DNA from: Azolla caroliniana
Lineage: Eukaryota; Plantae; Polypodiophyta
Assembly (NCBI GenBank): GCA_043228905.1
Contig: JBHGNT010000005.1
Coordinates: forward strand, 14,818,001 to 14,882,000
Reading direction: 5' to 3'
Length of the DNA stretch: 64,000 bases
Both the position numbers and the translations under genes were made by a program. The notes beneath the pieces were generated by a model, which was given only the letters and a program-made list of their open reading frames with translations, made no database searches and had not been told where the DNA came from. This document shows, piece by piece, positions 11,001 to 22,217 of this stretch (positions are counted from its first letter, which is position 1; every line of letters starts with the position of its first letter).

Positions 11001-11124
11001 CTATCTCTCTTTCTAATAATCTATTCATTACTAGCCTCATCTCATATTCTTCTTTCTCCTAGTCCAAAACCCCGGTGGTTCCCACCCGACTCACGCAAAC
11101 GATCCGGAGCCGAAAGGCACGACA
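8021..11124 (+). mobile_element. Non-autonomous Gag-only LTR element B (TR-GAG-like), young, nested in pol of element A
   Basis: 756-bp LTRs 8021-8776 and 10369-11124 with about 4 differences by eye. TSD ACGT (8017-8020, 11125-11128). Trp PBS, PPT 10357-10368. No PR/RT/INT. Confidence 0.93.
8815..10338 (+). CDS. gag: Intact Gag-like protein (507 aa) with acidic repeated middle and very basic C-terminus
   Basis: N-terminus MENQQEAMSITMMMMFERMLQEQ..FNGNDVSRYLRDYKAEM is homologous to element A Gag. Uninterrupted ORF. No zinc knuckle. Confidence 0.82.
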   Translation: MENQQEAMSITMMMMFERMLQEQRVMSEITGAVKRLVQRNGQFNGNDVSRYLRDYKAEMIQCGIPEGLQVTSFNRVVTDELQERIHKIRQQNSTWGSFEEALREAYDYKRSKGKDRREFDEWVASEKTHRSATQAFLEFEHRFARLSEREQRLVGKDKVLMFVRSIDRKERMDIGIELEDDDGANGLTEDWAKVERVCWRHDERKMRILSMTWPMKDGRLKTNDGADMKAEIQHDGATEEGVKQATLLSCERTTTKDKADNPSVEEDFRIQVSETSGEKGVSIIDAVKESKEDLIEEVATKDDIESKVAMDESTTDGHIETSPPLILETPAVAFERQRETEETEGGGEKTKVEVDAYDGEIAENMAMDETMEDDNTEDSYPLILETSAVVSENQRETGETGGGSKKGKVGSRFGWKVIRTGFRSERKLTRKGVDLVKTDRLSLTWPNANMDGSRPSRKPIGRNRSEKKLIRLNRRLDRSRLVKTRKRKPTETETDRSKRSRKARHSW

Positions 11125-11563
11125 ACGTACACGGCCGTAACCGGAGGAATGAAGAAAGAATACCGAGAAGTGGAGGATAAGTTACGGTCGGCATCAATAA
11201 TAAAAGAAGACGAAGAAATCGTGGGCATAGTCGAAGAGGTGTTCTATGGGAACACACTACAACGGCTTGAAGAGCTTGCGGAAGATACAAGCCAGGGAAA
11301 CCGGGTAATTCCGGTGGAGTCGATCGAGATGTACGAGATCATTGTGAAAATGGGGCCGGATGCGCTCCGCAAAGAAGAAGCAATGGTAAGTACGAAATAC
11401 AAGACCGTGGAGAAGAAAGTGACACCGGCCGCGGGATCGTTACCCGTAGATAGTGAACAAAAGAGGAAAGAAGTCTCAGGGGATCCGACACTTCGGAAGT
11501 CCATGGATATCGGACATGCCTTCACAGATGAGACCCAGAAGAAACTTCGGATCGGTGGAGGTG

Positions 11564-12037
11564 TGTTATGTACACATAACGTTGGTGAGGGTAGGTCACT
11601 AATATTTACATTAGTGAAGGGTATGTTCACTATTATTAAAAAGGGGACTAATGATTGGATAGAATGAATGATATGTGCATGCACTATCATGATTTAGACA
11701 ACCAATGAATAGAGAGCCTTTTAGAAAGGCACATCTATTCAAGGGGCCTAGGAAAAGGTATAAATATGAGGCTTAGCTACCCTCATAGGGACCATCACGT
11801 CGGAAGGCTGCTGTCGTAGACACCGGTGGTGCGGGCTAGGCTTTCGTCTCGACGATCGTGTTTATCTCTTCCAAGGTATTAGTCATCCTAATATCCGGCG
11901 GTATGGGACGTCGGTGGTAGGTTGGCTATGTCTAGATCATAGCTCGGGGGTGGTCGGGTGGAACGGGTTCTTCTATCCAATCTATTTTCTTCCTTTTTAC
12001 TTGATTTGTTCTTATGATTAGTAATAGACTCTTAACA
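11564..12037 (+). mobile_element. Solo LTR (474 bp) of an unrelated family inserted in pol of element A
   Basis: TGTTA...TAACA termini, 5-bp TSD AGGTG (11559-11563, 12038-12042), TATAAAT near 11759. Removal restores IGGGGFLLKNEE. Confidence 0.9.
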
Positions 12038-14819
12038 AGGTGGGTTCCTATTAAAGAATGAAGAAGAACGATTCTGTGGGATGCTAGAGCGACATGGGAG
12101 AGCATTTGCATTTACATCAGAAGAAATAGGATGCGCTGACCCGAAGATAGTGGAGCCGATGGTGATCTTCACGATTGACCATGTGTTGTGGAACCTGAAG
12201 CCGATTCCGGTGCCACGGGTGCATATTCCAAAAATCATTGACTTGCTCAAGGAGAAGGTGGCGATGGGGATTCTAGAGCCATCAAATGCTCCGTACTCAA
12301 ATCGATGGTTTACGGTTCCGAAAAAGAATGGGTCACTCCGATTTATTCAAAATTTGCAACTGGTGAACAAGGTCACGATCCGGAACTCCGGAGTCGGTCC
12401 GATAGTGGACGAATTTGCGGAAGCATTTGCCGGTCGCGCGATATACTCCTTCAGAGACCTATACTCCGGATATGACCAATTCCAACTAGCCGTGGAGAGC
12501 CGAGACATCACTACCATGCGAACACCGATAGGATTAGTCCGGATGTGTACGCTACCACAAGGCGCGATGAACTCAGTCGCACATATGATGAATGCGATGA
12601 ACAAGGTGCGACTGAGATCGACGCGATTCAAGCTATGAAAGAAGTATGCGAGTCACAATCCGAAGTTCGAATGTTTCTTGGAGCATGTGCATTCTACCAC
12701 ATATGGATTCCGCACTATGCACATATAGCAGACCCACTCTATCACTTGTTGCGGAAGGGTAAGAAGTTTGAATGGAAATCGGAGCATACCAAAGCCGTGA
12801 AGAAGCTCAAGAAATAACTACGGAGGGCAGAAGCACTAAAGAAGTCGAGCTATGACCAACCGATCATAGTAACAGTTGACACAAGTCCAACCGGAATCGG
12901 ATGGGTCATCAATCAAGCCGATCCGGAAGGTTCGCGATATCCGATCCGATTCGGAGCAAAGGTTCTCAATGAAAGGCAACACGGATATGCACAAGTTAAA
13001 AGAGAATTATGGGGAGTCGTTTTGGCAATCAAATTGGATCGAGATTATTTGATCGGACCGAAGTAGTGATCGAAATGGATTGTCTTCCGATACTTGGGAT
13101 GATGCGGTGTTGCACGATACCGGATGTGGCTATGCTAAGATGGATTGCATATGTTAAGTCACTTAATCTGGAGGTAAGACACATCTCCGGAAAAGACAAC
13201 GTTGTAGCGGATATGCTGTCAAGGGCGCGGTTCGGAGATGACATAACCGAATCCGATAACGAAGAAGTTTTCGAAGACTACTTTGCTTCGGAGCACATAT
13301 GCCGGGTGGACGTAATCCAAGAATTCCGGGAAGAAGAATACGAGGGAGAAATCTTGTTGATCGGGAAAATGCTACGAGAAATTGAGGAATCATCGGACAA
13401 TAAAGAGAAGAGAGCTGAGATCCGAAGTAAGAAACGGCAAGTCCGAAAGTTCTTCTTGAAAAATGGAATTTTATGGAGGGAGCCAAAAAGACTGGGTGGC
13501 ATACCACTTCGAGTAGTCGGGACAAAAGAGCAACGAAACCAGGTAATGTCCGAATTTCACGAATATGATTGGGCTGGACATCGGGAAACATGGGCAACAT
13601 TTGGGAAGATCAAGCAAAGATATTGGTGGAAGAATATGTACAAAGATGTCGCGGAGTTCACGGAAAGTTGCAAGAAGTGTCAAATGTACTCCGGAGTTCG
13701 ATACCGAGATGAGTTACATCCGACATTCTCACCGACAATCAACTTCAAATGGATGGTTGACATTGTAGCCATGCCAACCGGGATCGGACAAAAGAAGTAC
13801 TTGGTGTTAGCTCGGGAAGATCTCACAAATCAAGTAGAAGGTCGGGCGCTACGGAGGAAAACGTGTTCTACGGTATGCCAATTCCTTTTGGAAGAAGTGT
13901 TTTGTAGGTACGGGTGCATAGGACAAGTGATTGCGGATCGGGGAGAACTTGACTCTGATAAAGCTAGGGGATTCTTCGCCAAACACGGAGTTCGGTTAAC
14001 ACTAACAACGGCATACAATCCGGAAGCCAACGGGAAGGTCGAACGAGGACATAGTCCGATCGTCAAAGCACTTGCCAAAGCATGCAACGGAAGGGTGATG
14101 GATTGGCCGCAGATGCTCCCGTATGCACTATGGGCGGATCGGACAACGCATAGCTCCGTAACCAGTTATATGCTGGCAGAACTCATGATCGGACAAGCAC
14201 CTGTAATGCCGACGAAAACCGCAATCGCGACATGGACAATGCTACCATGGAAGGAAGAGATGAGCCGGGAAGAACTACTAGCGGTCCGGATACGACAACT
14301 GCAGGGAAGACCGGAAGACATAGCGGAAGCAATACGCCGACAACAAGAAGCGCGATTCCGGAATAAAAGCCGGTTCGACACAAAGCACCGACTACGACCG
14401 CGGAAGATTGAAGAAGGAGATTGGGTGATTGTCTACGATAGTAGTTTGGATCATCAACATACAACGATGCGGAAGTTTGCGAAAAGGTGGTTCGGACCAT
14501 ACGAGGTTCGGAAAGTTTTCGACAACGGAACTTACCGACTATGCGAGTTAGATGGAACAATGCTACGAGTGCCTATAGCCGGGAAACGGGTGAAGATTTT
14601 CAAGAAGCGGACTTATGAAGAACCCTATGTAATCCTAGACAAGACCGACCAGAAGGAGCAATCAGAAAAAGATCGCGGTGATGCGGAAAGCGAAGAAAGT
14701 GGATTAGAACTCATCGTCGACTTAAGGGGCGAATCGGAGGAAGCTTCGGATGAAGGTGAATAGCAAGCATCGGGGACTTCGGCACATACCGGAGGATGTG
14801 CGGGTTCGGAGGGGGCGAA

Positions 14820-15714
14820 TGTCGTAGTGTAATTCGTACACTACGTGAAAAAATACATTTTTTTTCTCTCCGGATAGGACATGGAGTACCCGGTGAGAAC
14901 CAGAAGAAGGAACCGGTAAGGACCGAAACCGGCAAGGAGACCCGGCAAGAGCCGGATGAAGAAGGCCGGTGAGAGTCGGTGAGAAACGGACGAAGAGATC
15001 GGTAAGGAGGTCCCGGTAAGAACCGGACAAAGAAAACTATCAAGCACCGGATGAAGCAGAACCGGAAACAACCGGATGAAGAAGGCCGGTGAGAGTCTCA
15101 CCGGATGAAGAGACGTATTTGTAAATAGAAGAAAGTATTAAAAATATATATATTACATGCATAGGGCAAGATTCGAACCTTGCACCTCCATGTTAATAAT
15201 GTGAAGCCTTATCATTATAGTAGGGTATTATGAATTTTAAAGTTACACTAAACTTTATTCCATGTAAAATTTCTAGACATGCATGGTACAAAAGTTATTC
15301 ATGCATAGACACTCGAGTTAAAAAGAAAAGATGAGATAGAAAGCTAATCATGCACATGCAGTGTGCATGAAAACTAAAGATAGAAAAAGCATGATGCTTG
15401 CATGGGAAAAACTTAGACTCTTCCAACACTATATAAGGAAGAGTGAAAGATGTATAGAGGTTGTTGATTATTTTACAAGGGTTGATTAATATAAGATAAT
15501 CGTGGGATTCACAAATTTGCTAACTATTCTTTCTCTCTTAATTTGATTATTCACTAATACACTATACTCGTGGGATTCACGAGTTTTTCATATCTTTCTT
15601 TCTTACAATATATTTTATATTCTTAATTGCCTTAGAATTTTCATTCCTCCTAGTCCAAAACCCCAACGGTTCCCACCTGACTCACGCAACGATCCGGAGC
15701 TGTAAGGCACGACA
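14820..15714 (+). repeat. Middle LTR of tandem element A
   Basis: Preceded by PPT and followed by PBS and a second gag start. Confidence 0.95.
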
Positions 15715-15752
15715 CAAGTGGTGAACCCGACATGAACACGGGTGGCCAGGAG

Positions 15753-16260
15753 ATGGAAAATCAACCGGAGGCTAACAACATGATGATGATGTTCGAGCGG
15801 ATGCTTCAGGAACAATGTGCGATGTCGGAGATAGCGGCGGCAGTAGAGCGGCTCGTGCAACGGATCGGGCAATTCAACGGAAAGGACATATCGCGCTATC
15901 TTCGGGACTACAAGGCGGAAATGCTACGGTGCGGGATTTCGTAAGGACTGCAAGTGGCATCCTTCAACCGGGTGGCTACCGACGGGCTTCAAGCAAGTAT
16001 CCACGTGCTACGACAACAAAATCTGACTTGGGAAGCATTTGAAGAGGCGCTAAAGACCACGTTCGCTATCGAAGAATCCTCCAAGGCAACGCGGAGAGGA
16101 TTCGAGGATTGGGTAGAAACGCCGGACAAGGGGATGAAGGTCCTCGATGTGTTTTCGGCATTCGAAAGTCGGTTCGGGAGGTTGTCTGCGAGAGATCAAG
16201 CTATCCTCGCACCGGACAAAGTTATCATGTTCTTACGAGTCGTAGACGTCCGGGACCCCA
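15753..16260 (+). pseudogene. gag: Second, truncated copy of element A gag, joined by deletion to the last ~50 bp of a third LTR
   Basis: Near-identical to 5867-6371 including the TAA stop. Junction GGGACC/CCAGCGG with ACC microhomology. Confidence 0.92.
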
Positions 16261-16392
16261 GCGGTTCCCACCCGACTCACGCAATGATCCGGAGCCGTAA
16301 GGCACGACAACGGATCTTCACGACATAACTAAGTGGTGAACCCGACGTGAAAGAGGTGGTAGGAAGGATTAAGTCGAGACCAATACTTGGAG

Positions 16393-18546
16393 ATGGCGTC
16401 CTCAAGCAATCAAGCGGGAGACTTCGAAAGGATGATGTTGATCGCCAAACAAATGATGAGATCTTGAGACAATGATACGAGCGTGGAGAAGGCCGTCGAC
16501 CGTGTCGTAGAGCTTGAGCGTCAATTCGACGGAAGGAACATTACGAAGTTCCTTGATGCATACAAAAGGGAGATGAATCAAAGGGACGTGTCTGAAGTGC
16601 GGCAAATCACAAGTTTCAAGAGAGTGGTCACGAACAACATCCAAAGGCGCGTCATCGAGCTTCAAGAAGGGAAAACAACATGGTCGGAGTTCGAGAAAGC
16701 GATATTAGCGGAGTTCGCGACGGAAGATTTGTCGAGGATGACTCGACATGCCTTGATGAAGTGGATAGAAAAGAAGAATAAGAAGATGAGCGCTTCGAGG
16801 GTGTGCGACGAATTCAACCAAATGTTTCGTCGTTTCCCCGCCACAGACCAAGTGCTACTTGAGGAGGACAAAACTTTGTACTTCCTAAAGGTTGTGGATA
16901 TAAAGGATAGACAAGAACTGGGTAGTCTCCTCGAAGATGATACCCAAATGAACGGGCTTGTGGCGGACTGGGTTGCGGTGAAGCAAGCATGCAATAGGCT
17001 CGACAAGCGTCGTCAGTGGGTTGATGACACCGACTTGGCGGGATCGATTGTCGCGGAAAAAACTAGACAACCGAAAGTAGCTGAGCTGCCCAAACAAAGC
17101 AACCCGGAAGAAAAGAAGATTGATGATGACATCATCAAAGAGCTAGCAAAGAAGTTTGAGATGGTCACGCGAGCCAACATGAACCGTCGGGGCCCCAAAG
17201 GCAAAGAACCTTTTAGATGCGTGTGGTGCGATAGCATGAACCACATGAGAAGAGATTGCGCGAGCCTTTGAGAGGCGATCCGACAAAATATTGTATACAT
17301 AGATGACAACATGATCCACTCGACTAAAACTCGAAGACCCTTGCGGGTGACTTTCGGAAGAGGAGGAATGAAGAAATCTATGGAAGATGTTGAGGCGACT
17401 CATGTGGATGTGATGCACTATGCTGCAACGGCCGGAATAAGAGTTGGGAAAGAAAGAAATGAAGCTACGAAAGTGGGAGCAAAGTTTTGGTCTTCCGTTC
17501 TCGAGTATGAGAAGATGGGGAAGGTCACATCAAACGAGGTAGAGCTTGCGGACCGAAGCGTGCAAAGCATAACCAGGTGGTTGGATCCGGTGGAGGAAAA
17601 CACCATACTCGCGAAAGTGATATGCGACAACCACAAGGTGTTCGTCAAAGAAAAGAGAAAAAGAATAGAAGAGAAAGGCCCATCAAAAAAACATGAAACA
17701 AGAAATGAGTCGATCTTTACAAATGGAGGAAGGAGACGCTAGCCGAAAAGCAGAGTCGAGCAAACGAGTTGAAGAAACAGTTCGGCCCGTGAAGATTGTT
17801 ATCGAAGAACCCGCTCGAAAGAAAAAGGACTATGCCTACCTATAAGCTAAGGTCGGACATAGAACAGTCGATAGACTAAAGAAGATTCTCGAGGAACGCA
17901 TTCTTGACAGCCACGTGACCTTGTCCTTGAGGGAATTACTTGGCATTACGAAGAAGGAGTTCCACGACACGATCGTGTACCTTGTAAAGCGAAAAGAAGA
18001 AGAGAAGCCACTAAAAGTGAAAGCAAATGCCATAACGATGGCAAGAGACGAAGTCGATGAAGAAATGGTGGACAACCACTATATTCGACCTCATTAGGCA
18101 CAAGCGACAACGGAGACGCCGGTGAAGATCGGGGAGAAGAAAGAGACCGTGGTAGCCTTGATTGACCACGGCTCGGAGATCAACCTCATGTCAACCGACT
18201 TCTACAAAAAGGAAGAAGGCCAATCAATACAAATCACGGATGGAAGATTCGCACGGCAACAAAGACTACGGAGGACTTGTACGGAGCTTGTCCCAATGTT
18301 AAAGTCATGATCGGGGATGTGGAGATGGATCAACACTTCTTCGTGCAAGAATCGGTGTCGCATCTTGTCATCCTAGGACAACCGTATATCACATCATCTC
18401 GGATGGAAACCAAAGTGTTCGACAATGGTGCGGCATTTGCTCGAATAAAGATTCTTGACAACCAAAGATCTGTTCAATTCCTAACGGTGCGAGCTAATCA
18501 TGAAAGAAATCGAGATAGTATTGGAGGCGAATCCTCGGATTTTTAG
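16393..18546 (+). pseudogene. gag: Gag-protease of Gypsy C (degenerate)
   Basis: FDGRNITKFLDAYKREM, zinc knuckle CVWCDSMNHMRRDC, protease ALIDHGSEINLM, VILGQPY. Stops and frameshifts. Confidence 0.9.
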
Positions 18547-21460
18547 AGCGGACTATTGAAGCATGGGGCACAAATAGTCTGAGCGATCACAAGTCCCCAC
18601 AAGAAAGAAGAGCGCGTGGATTGCGAGAAGAAGCAACATGTGTCACACCTAGTGGCACATGTAAACTAGTACTACCCGACAAGAAGGACAAACGTCGGAT
18701 ACAAGAATTCGAGAAGATGCTGAAAGAAGAAAATATAATAGAAGAAGAAGAGTTCGTTACTCATATTATGGAAGAAGCCTCATTTAACGACACCGTCGGC
18801 GAAATCGAGGACGTCATGGACTTGAGCTATCTTCACAACCAACATGTGATTTCGGTTAACTCCGTCAACATGTACGCTATCATCGATGAATACTATCGTG
18901 GCATCTTGATGGAGGAAGCTGAAGTAAACACAAAATATAAAACTGTGGATAAGAAGATCAAGCCAATTGCAGTTTTGCTACCGGAAGATAGCTGGCAAAA
19001 GATGAAGGAAGTTGCTAACGATCCAAGCTTAAGAGATCCGAAGACGATAGGTCATATCTTCACTAAAGAGATGAAGGGAAAGTTATGAGTTGGAAGGGAG
19101 GATTTCCTCCTCCCTAAAGAGGAGCGAAAGTTTCGTGAAATGCTTAAAAGGCATGGGAAAGCCTTCGCGTTCTCTCCCCAAGAAATCGGATGTGCTGACC
19201 CAAAGATTATAGAGCCGATGGTGATCTCACAGTGCCGCATGTGCCTTGGAATTTGAAACCGATACCAGATCCAAGAGCGCACCTTCCGAAGCTGATCGAG
19301 CTCCTAAAGGAGAAAGTCAATATAGGTATTCTAGAACCGTTGTATGGTCCTTACTCTAATAGGTGGTTCACAGTGCCGAAGAAGAATGGATCATTGCGAT
19401 TCATCCAAGATCTTCAACCTGTCAACAAGGTGACAATTCGAAATGCTTGAATCGGTCCAAGCGTGGATGAATTTGTCGAGGCATTTGCGGGCTGGTCCAT
19501 CTACTCCATTGGTGATCTCTACTCCGGATATGACCAATTCCAATTGGCGATTGACAGTCGTGACATTACAACCATGAGGGCTCCGATTGAGCTTGTGAAG
19601 ATGTGTACCTTACCTCAAGGTGCAACGAACTCGGTGGCTCATATGGTGAATGCCATGAACAAGGTCTTGAAGGATTGCATCCCGGACATCACGATGCCAT
19701 TCTTGGATGATATTTCAATAAAAGGATGTTCGGATGAAGAGAAGAATGAATCAAAAGATAAGGAAGGGTGTAGAAAGTTTGTTGCGGATCATATGAAAGA
19801 TTGCGAGAAGGTGCTCCAAAGGCTCGAAGACGCGAATTTGACATTTTCGGGAGAGAAATCCGCATTCGGGCAACCAGAGATCTTGGTGGTAGGTCACTTA
19901 TGTGGAGCATACGGCCGGAAGCCTTCGCCATCAAAGGTGAACGCGATCCAGGACATGAAAGAAAAATGCGTAAACCAAACGGAGGTTCGAAGGTTCCTTG
20001 GAGCTTGCACATTTTACCATATATGGATTCCGCACTATGCTCATGTGGCCGAGCCATTATATGGATTGCTAAAGAAAAGAATGAAGTTCGAATGGCGAGA
20101 CGAGCACACGAACACGATGCAAAGATTGAAGAAACTACTTCTTGAAGCTCTAGCACTAAGAAAGGCCGACTATACCGAAGGAAAACCGATTTATGTGGCT
20201 GTAGATACGAGCCCAACCGGAATTGGGTGGGTCATCAACCAAGAAAGAGAAGATAATGGGCGGTATGCCATCCGGTTCGGAGCAAAAGTTCGCAGCGAAC
20301 GGCAACAAAGATACGCCCAAGTCAAGCGGGAACTTTGGGGTATTGTGTCGATAGTGAAGACGGACAAAGATTACTTGATCGGATCGGAAGTAATAATAGA
20401 GACAGATTGTCTCCCAATCCTCAGAATGATATCGGGATGTGTGACCCTAGATTTAGCTATGCTAAGGTGGATCGCCTATATCAAGTCTTTAAGCCCAAAG
20501 ATCCGCCCCATTGCATGCAAGAAGAATGCCATGGCTGATATGTTGTCAAGGGCAAGATTTGAAAGTGAAAGTGACATGGTTTCAGAAGATGAAGACGTCA
20601 CCTTCGACTTCTTCAAGATGGCTCGATTATCAGCAAAAGAAAAGGACACGCTAACCCTCCACGCCTTGAACGAGGACGAGTACGAAGGAGAGTGGTTATT
20701 GATCGGCAGATTCTTAAGAACAATGACAACGGATGCTTCGTTGACAAAGGAGGAGGCTCTACGAATCTGGAAGAAAGCTTATAGATACGACTTGAAGGGA
20801 AGATTCCTTTGGCGACACCCAAAAAGAAGGACAGGAATACCACGTCGAGTGGTGGTGAAGAAAGAAGAGCAAGTGACGCCACAAGAATGCTTGGGCAGGT
20901 CATAGAGGAACATGGGTGACGTTCGAAAAGTTGAAGGAAAAGTACTGGTGGCCAAGCATGTACAAAGATGTACTCCATTTCGTGTCCACTAGCGAAACTT
21001 GCCAAGTACATTCCACCATATGTCATTGTGATGAGCTACGACCGACATACCCGCTCACCATACACTTCAAATGGATGGTGGATCTGGTCTCAATGCCAAT
21101 GGGAGTGGGACAAATGAAGTACTTAGCTCTCGCAAGAGAAGACTTGACGAATCAAGTGGAAGGACGGGCCTTGACAAATAAGACGATGTTGGTTGTTTGC
21201 AAATTTCTACTCGAAGAGGTTGTCTGCCAATACGGATGTGTGGGAAAGATAGTCGTCGATCGAGGGGAGTTGGATGCACACGAAGAAATGGAGCTTTTCG
21301 AACAACTAGGCGTGAAGCTCTCCTTCACGATTGCCTACAATCCAGAAGCGAATGGGAAGATCGAGGGAAGGCATGGACCTATCGTCAAAGTCATCGTACA
21401 AGCATGCAACAGTCGATCCGGGAATTGGCAATGACTATTGCCCTATGCCTTGTGGGCCGA
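18537..21460 (+). pseudogene. pol: pol (RT-RNase H-integrase, 3' truncated) of Gypsy C
   Basis: DLYSGYDQF, LPQGATNSV, PFLDD, VDTSPTGIGW, IETDCLP, YNPEANGKIE. Breaks off after YALWAD. Confidence 0.93.
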
Positions 21461-21828
21461 TAGTGACCACCATCGAGGACTGACGGTAACCGGTGGCATC
21501 CGGCATCCGGCGATGGATCCGGTGACTGATGGAGCCAGAGAGATCAACATCCGGCATCCGATGACGACGACGACGACCGACGGAGCCGGCGAAACGACGA
21601 CTGGACGGAGAAACGTCTTGTAAAAATACATTAATAATAAACATATATATATATATATATGTCTATTCAAAAGGAGTGCAAGTGAAGGCTTGATCCTTGC
21701 ACCTCCACATTGACAGTCTATAGACTTACCACTAGGATATGACATTTCCTTAGAAAATTTTTTCTTATCATTATAGTTTTACATGTAAGTTCTCATATTA
21801 AAGCTTGATTGAATGACATGTGATGCAT

Positions 21829-22215
21829 GAGATATCATCTTCATGGAAGAAAAGACGATTTCCGATTGGGAGATGGAGAAGACCGGGTTGGCCTCCCAAT
21901 CGACCGAAAATAGGCCCCCAGCTACTGATTCGAACCAAGTCAATGCTTGACCGAATCGAACAGAAGTCGATCCGACCAAAGTCAGATACAGTCAACCGAG
22001 TAGATAATTGACAAAGTCAAGAGCCGATTGAGGAACAAGGGGAATCGGTTGAAAGAAGACAGTTGGCCAAACAAGAATCTGATTCAGACTTAGACGAAGA
22101 GCCGACTGAAGAAGTTGAATAGGAGCCACTGAGTCGAATGGAGTTAGATGATGGGGAGCCGGAAAGCTTCGAGGAAGTGAAGAGGGACACCGATCACCAA
22201 AAGTAGTTGAGGGAT
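21829..22215 (+). pseudogene. Copia D continuation (integrase C-terminus/linker)
   Basis: DIIFMEEKTISDWE and GEPESFEEVK match Copia K RDIIFMEDKTLADWE and GEPESFKEAK. Confidence 0.8.
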
Positions 22216-22217
22216 TC

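Larger units (their letters stand above)
7897..14763 (+). pseudogene. pol: pol (RT-RNase H-integrase) of element A, -1 frame relative to gag-PR; interrupted by element B and a solo LTR; RT catalytic xxDD segment deleted near 12610
   Basis: DLYSGYDQF, LPQGAMNSV (RT), VDTSPTGIGW (RNase H), H..GH..CKKC, ADRGE, YNPEANGKVER, WFGPY (INT, ORF 13009-14763). Versus element C the FLDD block is missing. Confidence 0.92.
4937..16309 (+). mobile_element. Ty3/Gypsy element A, tandem structure LTR-internal-LTR-partial gag-LTR remnant
   Basis: LTRs TGTCGTAGTG...GCACGACA at 4937-5828 and 14820-15714, remnant ending 16309. Flanks ACAG (4933-4936) and ACGG (16310-16313) form a 4-bp TSD with one transition. PPT GGAGGGGGCGAA 14808-14819. 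Confidence 0.92.
3838..21828 (+). mobile_element. Ty3/Gypsy element C (tRNA-Trp-primed, no chromodomain seen, Phygy/Selgy-like), 3' end deleted, carrying nested element A in its 5' LTR
   Basis: 5' LTR termini TGTTGTGAAGAT (3838) and ATCTTCACGACA (16314-16325) are inverted repeats. PBS follows, then gag-PR-RT-RH-INT order. Partial 3' LTR 21478-21828 matches 4256-4600. Confidence 0.88.

Noticed and set aside
9135-14560. Numerous antisense ORFs over gag/pol regions
   Set aside because: Shadow ORFs of coding DNA without independent motifs.
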